Source: Callorhinchus milii
Taxonomy: Eukaryota
Length of the DNA stretch: 64,000 nucleotides
Reading direction: 5' to 3'
Assembly: GCF_018977255.1 (NCBI RefSeq)
Contig: NW_024704742.1
Location: forward strand, 67,706,001 to 67,770,000
Under the pieces are notes generated by a model. It had not been told where the DNA came from and did not search any database. It worked only from the letters and a program-made list of their open reading frames with translations. Positions 47,001 to 56,000 of this stretch are shown here, piece after piece (position 1 is the stretch's first letter; each line of letters starts with the position of its first letter). A program made the translations under genes and the position numbers.

Positions 47001-50000
47001 AAGTAGAGAGGGAGAATCACAGACCAGCAGGGATACACACTTCATACATATATTATACATACTTTATTACTAATAGTCTTATTTGTTTAATCGCCTCTCT
47101 CCTGTACGAAGCTGGTGCCTTTGCCAGTTGCATTTCAAAAAGTCTTGTATTTGGAAAAAAAATTAATTAATTCACAAAAAAGTGCTATCTTAACAACTTG
47201 GATTTTGGTAGTTATCACATGTGTTGCAATTAAACACTGCAGAAATCTTTTTGGTGATGGAGGAGGGAAGAGCGAGTTACAGGTTCTGAAAAGACTTAAC
47301 TAGCTGAAAATATGAGCATACAACAACTCATTTACATTTGTATCAAGCCTTTCACATATGGAGGACATTCAAGGAGCTTAATAATAGCTTGGCACCTGAG
47401 CTGGAATGTATTGTTCACTTTTTTAATGTTTCTTTTTTCTTCTTCCCTCCATTCAGAGACAACAACAATGCTGAAAGGATATTTAACCTGATGCCCGAAA
47501 GGAACGAACACTCATTTTGCACACTGATTAGAGGAATGGTTAAGGTACTGTTCTTCAAACTCTCTGCCGGGTGTTTTTGTTGACCGTTATCGTACCGTCG
47601 CTTGAGGAGTGTGTCTTATCTTGTTCCCGTTTGTCTCCTCAGTTTGGAGCCTACACAAAGGCGATCAACATGTACACAGATTTGCTGAACAACCGAATGA
47701 AAGGTGAGAGTTTGAAAAGACTCTTGACCCATAAGAACTCCTAGAATTGCAACCAGCATTTCTCTCTGTGTACACGGCTGCAGGGGTAGTCTTAATAATA
47801 AGTAATCCTTGCATTTAACCTAGCGACTTATCATGTCGTTGAAACGTCTCAAATTATACTGTAAAGTATATTTGTGGGTGAAACAAGCCCCTTTCACTTT
47901 AACACAGTGTCTCAAAGTGCTTCATAGGATTTACTGTAAAGTTTAGTGACTGTTCATTCGGTAGGTACATGCCTACAAGGAGAAAAAACTTGGACACATT
48001 GATGAAAAGAGTAACCCTAGCTGGGTGAAGCTTGCCGGACAGTGTTCACAATGGCATGCTTTAGCCGGTTAAACTCCAGCAGAGCCCCAATACACTCCCT
48101 GGGATCTGCAAGCTTCAGCTCTTGTCAACCTGCTCTTAATATTTTCTGGACTTATGGAAGCAGAGTGGGTCCTTCCAGATAGACAGTTCACATTCCATTC
48201 AAGACATAGGCAAATTTATCCTACATCTGTGGAACTCTCAGTCTGATTTGGATAATATTAAACATGGCAATGGGTTTCCTCATGTGTCATACACGAGGAA
48301 AACCATTTCAGTCATGGGGTCATGTGGCGACTGACCCCCCCCCAAAACACTCACCTGGTCATGTAGAGCGAGACATTGCACCCTGACACTTGTCTCCGAT
48401 TTCATATTGCTGAGAGATATTCACTATTATTCATTCACGACATTATGCATGTGACCCAAAAATCACTGGGTCTCCCAAGGAACTGTTGGCAGATATTAAT
48501 TGGAATATAATTCTTTTTAAGGAACCCAATTTGTTTACCAGCAAGTGTTGTGTGTTTTTTGTTTTACAGCTGATGTTCACACCTTCAATGCACTGATAGC
48601 AGCAGCCCCTGAGCTGAAGGAGAAGTACAATGAGAAATTGGATTTTATTGTGGTGAGCGTAAAAATAATACTTGCATTTGATATAACACTTTAACACGTC
48701 ATTGAGCCACCTAGAAGGGTTTCACAGGATATACTGTAAAGTGGACTGACTGCATATTTTGTGGGTGAGCATTGGAAGTTAAAGTTGGAAATATGCAATG
48801 ATTACCTGGACAGTAAACTTAGCAAGTGGATTTCATGTGTTTATGGTGTTCTGTGGTTTGAATGGGTATGTGCTGACCTGTGAGCCTTCCTGTTTTGAGT
48901 CATTTAACTTTTGTGTAACAGGACTTGTTGAAGCAAATGGCAGAGCAGGAGGTGCGGCCAAACCTGTTGACCTTTAACTCTGTGTTGAAGAGTTTTCGTA
49001 GGTGCGGGGCATACGCTAAAGGACCCTCCTTGCAAGTGGTGAATGAAATGAAAGCACTTGGCATCGGTATGTTACTGTGTACAGTGTGTTAAGACTTAAC
49101 TTCATAGTCATTTGCGCAGAGTGTGACGATAATAATTTGATATAGTGCTTTTCACGTCCGAAGAACATCCAAAAGCAATTCACAAGATTTTACTGTGAGT
49201 GGAGTGACTTGTGCATTTATATAGTGCCCCTCACTCAGGAACGCTACACTGCATGAGAGGTGCTATATAAATGCCAGTTGTTGTAGACAAGCGATAGAAT
49301 TAACTGAATAACACTGTGTCCAAGGTATGATAAAATTGACTCTAGCTTTGGGTACAGGTTGTGATATTATTTAGCATTGTGTTGAGTACAGTGAGTATAC
49401 TTCAGTCACTTTGTGTGTTCAGTAACATTGGTGTATTTTAAAGTGATATCTCTGATCCCAGTGTGATGAAAGCTGAGCCATTCTGTGTACCTTGTGTTCC
49501 TGGCAATGATGATTGGCGCAGGGGTACTTACCTCAGCTGGATAATGGGAGCTGAGTGCTTGCGTCTTCTGCTCAGCCTACGTGTGGTGGGCTGTTCAAGG
49601 AGCGTCTGCACGAGAAAAACGCCTAAATCTGAGCCAGGGCTGCTGAGAGACAGAGTGAGATTTGTTTGAAGGGAAATGCAGGATTAACAGGAGCTGAGTG
49701 GAGGAATCCCTGCTGCCAGTCTGCATCTCCAGTCCTGCCGATGAGCCAGGGTAGTGGTGCTGATGCTGTTCGCACGATTCTTACTGAACTGCTTCCCCAG
49801 TTCTCCTTCCTGGTTCCAAGCTTCTGTGCGTGCAGCAGAACGTTTTCTTCAGCACATTTGCAAAGACCTGGTACCTGCCATCCATGTAGCGAGGTTCAAA
49901 CCTGCATTTGTTGGAGGTAATGACTACCTCTAATGAGGTAAATGGGGTCTCCTTGGAGTTGAACTGGCTCCAAGGTGACATGCCTGGCAGTGGAATGTTG

Positions 50001-53000
50001 GAATCGAGCCAGGCCTCTGTGGTGGTCTCGGTAGTCCGATTCCTGAGCCAGACGGGTGCGCATTGTTCCAGGGCACTGCTGATGACAGCACAGCCAGTCT
50101 GGCTCATTGGCACTGTCACTGGGAGTAAAGAGTTATCCCACTCAGCTCCTGTTAACGCTGCAAGCCAAAGCCCTAACGGGTAGGGTAGTCCTAGCGGGAA
50201 AAGCAGCAGGAAAGCTTGCCAGATGGCAATATCAATGTCAAGCTATGTGGATTTAACTGGTTAGACTCAAGCAGTACCCCAACACAAACTCTGGGGTCCC
50301 CAAGCCACGGTTCTTGCCAGATTGATCTTCAGTTATGGGAATATTGATTCTGTGTGTGTGTGTGGAGCGGGTCAATTTACAGGAACATTGGGAATAAAAT
50401 TACGTAAATTTCCCATTGTTTAAAAAAAAGCTTGATTCCAGTCTCATAACCATTTGTTCCAACTAAGGCATGAATGTTAACGTGTCCTTCAATTTCTTTA
50501 ATTCCCGTTTTAGAGCCATGTTTGGCCACCTTTGATCACCTTCTTGCCATATTCTCAAAATCTGGTAAGTTGTTTTTTTTTAGTTGAATGCAACCCAAGA
50601 GCCAGGTTTCTTGAGTTTAATGAAGTTCAATATCTAATATAATTGGATGAGATTTTTTTTTGCTTCTGTTTTGTTCTACAATGTTTCCAGGTTCACAAGG
50701 TATTTCCTGTTCAGTCGCTCGCTTCCGATTCTCTAGACCTGTTAAGTTCCATTGGTCTATAATGGGCGTGAAAGACATTGACTTCAGTGGGTGTGGTGTG
50801 TGTGTGATACATATACATTGACAGTGCAGGGGTAGGGGCTCAGGGGTACAGACCTCAGCTGGATAATGGGAGCTGAGTGCAGATGTTATCTGTTCAGCCT
50901 GGGTGTGGTGGGTTGTTCCAAGAAGCATCTGCATGAGAAAAAACGCCTGTATCTGAGCCTCTGGAACAAGTCCCTCGTAAAGCCAAACAGTGGTGAAATC
51001 TGAGTGGTGTCAAAGACTGAAAGTTAGGGTATATCTTTATGTATTCATATGCCTGTTTTACATTGATTCAACGCCTTGGGACGTCCTCCCGACGTGAATG
51101 GCGCTATACAAATGTAATCTTGTTGTTGTTGATACACAATCTCCACTGTAAATCGGAATAATTGAATACCATATTAGAGCTATCTAGGCAATTCGACAGT
51201 TCATCTGCCCTGGGAAAAAGGACATGTGTTCCTCGGTATAGTTGTTGTTCAGGTTACCACCCACTCGCCCCCCCCCACCGTTTGAAATTCCAGTTTGCCT
51301 TGATCTTCTTTTCTTTTCCTCCACCCCAAATCCCCTCTACCTTGAATAGCCTGTTATCAGCCTGGCTCAAAATGTTTTAGGTTCAACTACCACATTGTGG
51401 TTGAAGTTGAGCTCTTATAGTCTAGACTGACACTCCAATGCTGTTAGGGGAGCATTCTCAGAGGTTCTGTCCTGTGGATCAGACTTTTAAACCAACTAAT
51501 GTTCAGACAATTAATCAATGTAATGTGGATATTAAAGATCTCATAACATTATTCAAAAAAGGAGGTACTATAAGGTGTCCTGGCCAACAGTCCTCCAGAA
51601 AATAATTGGTTATTCACTTTGAAGCTGTTTATGGGACATTGTTGTGCACAAATAGGCTGCCGCGATTGCCTGCAAATATACGGTCACTTCACTTTTTACT
51701 GTAATTCTTGTGAAGAGCTTTGAGACGTTTCAGCAATGTGGTGGTATATCACATGCAAATATTAATATTGTGTAGGCTGGCATCCAGGGCTTCACAAAAT
51801 AATAATCATTTGAAATGATTCAAAACATCTCCAATTACTGTCGTGTTGTGACACGTTAATGTAGACAAATGTGGCAGCCATTTTGCCCATAGCAATGACC
51901 CACAAACAACCATGAAGTGAATGATCAATTTTATCTGGGGTGTTGGTCATGGGGGAGAAACTCCCCCTTTTGATTTGTGTTGTTGATTTGTTTAACATAA
52001 CAGTAAAAAAATGATTCTTGCATTTGTTTTACCACCTTTCACTTTAGGAGAGTGCCTCAAAGTGTTTCACAGGAGTCTCTTGTAAAGTGTAGTGACTTTC
52101 ACTGACAAAAGAACAGCCAGATTTAGCATCTGAGGCAGCAACTCAACAACTTCCCCAGTCCTTGCAATCAATTCAATTCCCCCAGTCAATGGCTAAGTTG
52201 CTAAAGATTAAAGTTTTGTGTATTGACCTATCAAGTACTATACATCTCTCACTCTCTCTCTATCTGTCTGTGTCTGTGGGCTTGGGTGATAACGCACATC
52301 ATTACCTGCAGTACTGTAACATTTTTCTCTTTATCCTCAGTCATAGCTGGTCGGTCACAGGCAGACATTATCTTTAAGATCTTTGATGAAATGGAACAGA
52401 AGTATTTTGTTCCCCAGGATCCTGATGATGGTAGGTGTTATACAATTCCTACTGGGCTAATGTGAGATTAGCTTTACAATCAGCCTCTCCTTTGTCTTTA
52501 ATTATTTAAGGGCAGATGGTTGAAGCCAGGACACTGGACTTATTTAATAAACCAATTAAATTCTGTAATGGGAAGATTGCAGGGTTAATATACTGATGGG
52601 TTGAGACCAAGTGGGCCAAACGCACTTAAGGTGATTCAGAAAGCTGTAGTGGTGGAATGGATTGACATGTTTACAAGAGAGATGGACAGAAAAGGGGGTA
52701 GAGGCTTTATTAATGGGTATGACTAAAAAGAGTGGGCACTGAGATTAAAAGATATGATGAGGTCTAATATTGCTTTGCACATTGTAAAATGGGATGAAGG
52801 AAGCCCTTTGGGTCATTTGATCCCAGTGAAAAATATTTCAAGATTTTCTTCAGTAATTTTGATCTGTTTCCTTTCTTCACAGTATACTTCTTTACCAATG
52901 CTATAAAAGTGGTGAGTATTACCTTTGACTTGTATGAGTAAGGATGATGATTTTTTTGAGTGTTTGAAGTTGATTGATGAGTTGTCTAAAGTGCTATCTA

Positions 53001-56000
53001 TTGAATGAGATGCTGAATGAGGTCCTCTTACAGGGGAATATTAAAGATTTATTCTATTTTCTTAGCATTTCAGAGCATCCAGAATTCTGCAAATTCTTAA
53101 ATACAGCTTTTCACTCACAAAACATACAGTCAATGCGCTTGCACTTTACAATATATTCCATGCTCCCTCTTGGCGATGTCATCCATAGACATGGGGTAAA
53201 CTCCCATATGTATACAGATGACACACAAATCTACTTTGCCTCCTCCAGCTGCAATTCCAGGTTCGCCGATGTTCTATCAGCTTGTCTGGCAGACATCAGG
53301 GCCTGGATGAGTTCAAACTTCCTGCAGCTGAATGTGGACTGTAACAACTTTCATAGCTTTAAAGTTGGAGGCAGTTGTGTGAGTGTTCTGGAAGGATGAA
53401 TTCAATGGGCCAAAGGGTCATCTTTATCTGAACTGCTCTTGTGGTGGTGTGAAAATATTCATGTCTTTGTTTTCTTCCTTGCAGTGTCTGAACTTGAAAG
53501 ACCTTGAGCTGTCTTACAGAGTACAGAAGATAGTTGAAACTGGAGACAACAGGAAATTATTGGGGGACCCTTACCAGCAAAGCATTTACTAGTAAGAGCA
53601 ATTGATTCTTTAGTTGATGAACTTCAGCCTGCGTTCAAGTTCATAGGGTTTTAACACCGCCCACAAATATACGATCAATTCACTTTACAGTCTATTCTGT
53701 GAAGCCCTTTGAGACGTCGCGAAGACATAAAAAGCGCTATATCAAATGCACGGATTATTATTATTATATAACCTATTTAAAACGTGCAGCGGGAATGAGC
53801 ATTTTGACGTTGAGCTTAACATCAGGTGTGGATTAAAATGTCAGTGACAGGAGATGGGCAAGTTTATGTCGAGTTGATAATGAGGATTGATTTCTCTGAA
53901 GAATTTTCATTCTAAAGGGCAAAGGTTCTTAATCCCATTTTATTGTGTTGTCTTCACTCTCACACTCTTATTCATGGGCACATAAATTCCAGCTCTCACA
54001 CTCGCTCTTGCACATACTCATACACACAAACATGCACATTTCCTCTCACATACACACTCATTCACTCGTGTGTGTAGGTATCACTAGATAGTGATGGGGA
54101 GAGGGAACACTGACCACTGACTGACTGTTCTGTCTTTATTCCCAGCGGGAGGCTCTTTACCATGGTCTGCATGATGGAGAATATAGACATGGTTCTCAAG
54201 TGGTACAAGGAACTCATTCCGTCGGTAAGCTTATGTTTTAACCTGGGCGTGTGGCGATTTACATTTATATAGTGTTTCACATAGAAGAAATTTCTTAAAG
54301 TCCCTTTACACACTGGTAGTTAAAACCCTGGTCATTTTCATGTAAACATTGATGTTATGCAAACTTGTCCACAGTTGTACTATCCGAACACCCAGGGTAT
54401 GAAGGAATTACTGCAGGCCCTGGACACAGAGAACCGATTAGAGCTGATCCCGAGAATTTGGAAAGGTTTGTGACCCTGTCTCAGGGTTTGTTTATACACA
54501 TGTGTGTAAACACTGATGAATACTTGTGTGTGTGTACGTGAAAGCACCAATGGATGTCAGCGTGTGTAAACTGATGTATGTCTGGAAATGGCCGTGATTC
54601 ATTTTGGTGTGGTCTAGTTTCTCAGTTCAATGAGGGTTGAGGTCTCTTTTCTATCGCCCATAGACATTAAGCAACTTGGTCACTCGAACAAGCAGGATCT
54701 TGTGGAGGAGGTGCTTGAATTGATGGCCCGGGAGAAGCACAGTCCGCAGGTAAATGAGATTTCCCGGCTGTAAGTGAGGTCTCCTTGGAACTGAACTGTC
54801 TCTTAAGATGACAAGCTTGGCAAAGCAATATCGGTATCAAGTCAACCCTCGGTAGCTGTCTTGCTGGTCTGGTTCCTAAGCTAGGCGGATCTGCAGTATT
54901 CCAGGGCACTGCTGATGACAGTACAGCCAGCCTAAAACTGGGTTGCTTATGTGCGCCCTGTACTTGAATGTGTGCCTTATAGTTCAATGTTTGCATGGTA
55001 TTGAAGTTTTCAACTGTTTGGGTCTTGCAAAGAGTTCAGATATTATGATTCTTTTTCTTTCCAAAGTTACAAGTTGAGTTTGCTGACTGTGCGCTTGATG
55101 TGAAGACTGTGTATAATAATCTGAATCATAATTCCAAACTGGAGTGGACCTCTGGCTCCTTGGGGAACATCACCACTCTGCTCTTGAGAGGAGGCAGAAC
55201 TGATGATGCTTGGTAAGAATTTGTGAGATTGTTGTTACAACTTTCACGATGATGTAGCCTGCCGGCCCTGCATAATTAACAAGGTTCATGCCTGCAGATT
55301 TGGCCACAATCTGGATTAAGAACTGTCTCTTTACAGTGATCAAGCTCTCACCCATTCTGTCCCCTTCATCCTACCTTTAAATTCCACCTTAGAACCTTTT
55401 TGTCCCTGCCTTTTGTCACCTTTACTCCCACACCCCCTTACTACACTATTTGGAGTCCTATAGCTCAGTGGTTAGAGCATTCACTTTGCAAGTGAGACAC
55501 CTGAGTTCAATTCCAGGCAAAAACCTTGGGCAAATTTCCTTACTCCACACGCCTAATAATAATAATAATCCCTCCAAACCCAAAAAAAATTGGTCATTTT
55601 CAATCCACGACTGTGGGGCACTGCTGTGTGCATTTGGCTGCCGCATTTCGCCCACAAATATACAGTTAATTCACTTTACAGCATATTCTGTGAAGCGCTT
55701 TGAGATGTCGAGAAGATGTGAAAAGCGCTATATCAAATGCAAGGATTATTATTATTTCCAGCTCCCAATCAGCCCTCTGAAGCACTTTGAGGCATCCTCC
55801 CCACGTGAAAGGCGCTACATAAATGTAAGGATTGTTATTAAAGGGGACCTTCATTTTTCAGATGAAGCTATTGTATGACGAACATAAACAGCACAGTGCT
55901 GACCAATTTCACTTCACTATAACAGGTCTGACTGTAACTTGTCTGCACTCTAGTAGCTTCCCCAACACCTCTCCCACGAAAGCCATCTGCTCTTTCCCCA

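Noticed and set aside
49463..49476. GTGATGA-AAG-CTGA mini C/D motif upstream of SNORD94 copy A
   Set aside because: Boxes are 3 nt apart with no room for a guide; likely chance.
50070..50130. CTGATGA in the unclassified repeat as a hammerhead ribozyme core
   Set aside because: I could not build stems II and III with a correctly placed GAAA and cleavage triplet consistently across copies.
53590..53592. TAG at the end of PTCD3 exon 17
   Set aside because: The codon is split by the intron (TA|C = Tyr); not a real stop.
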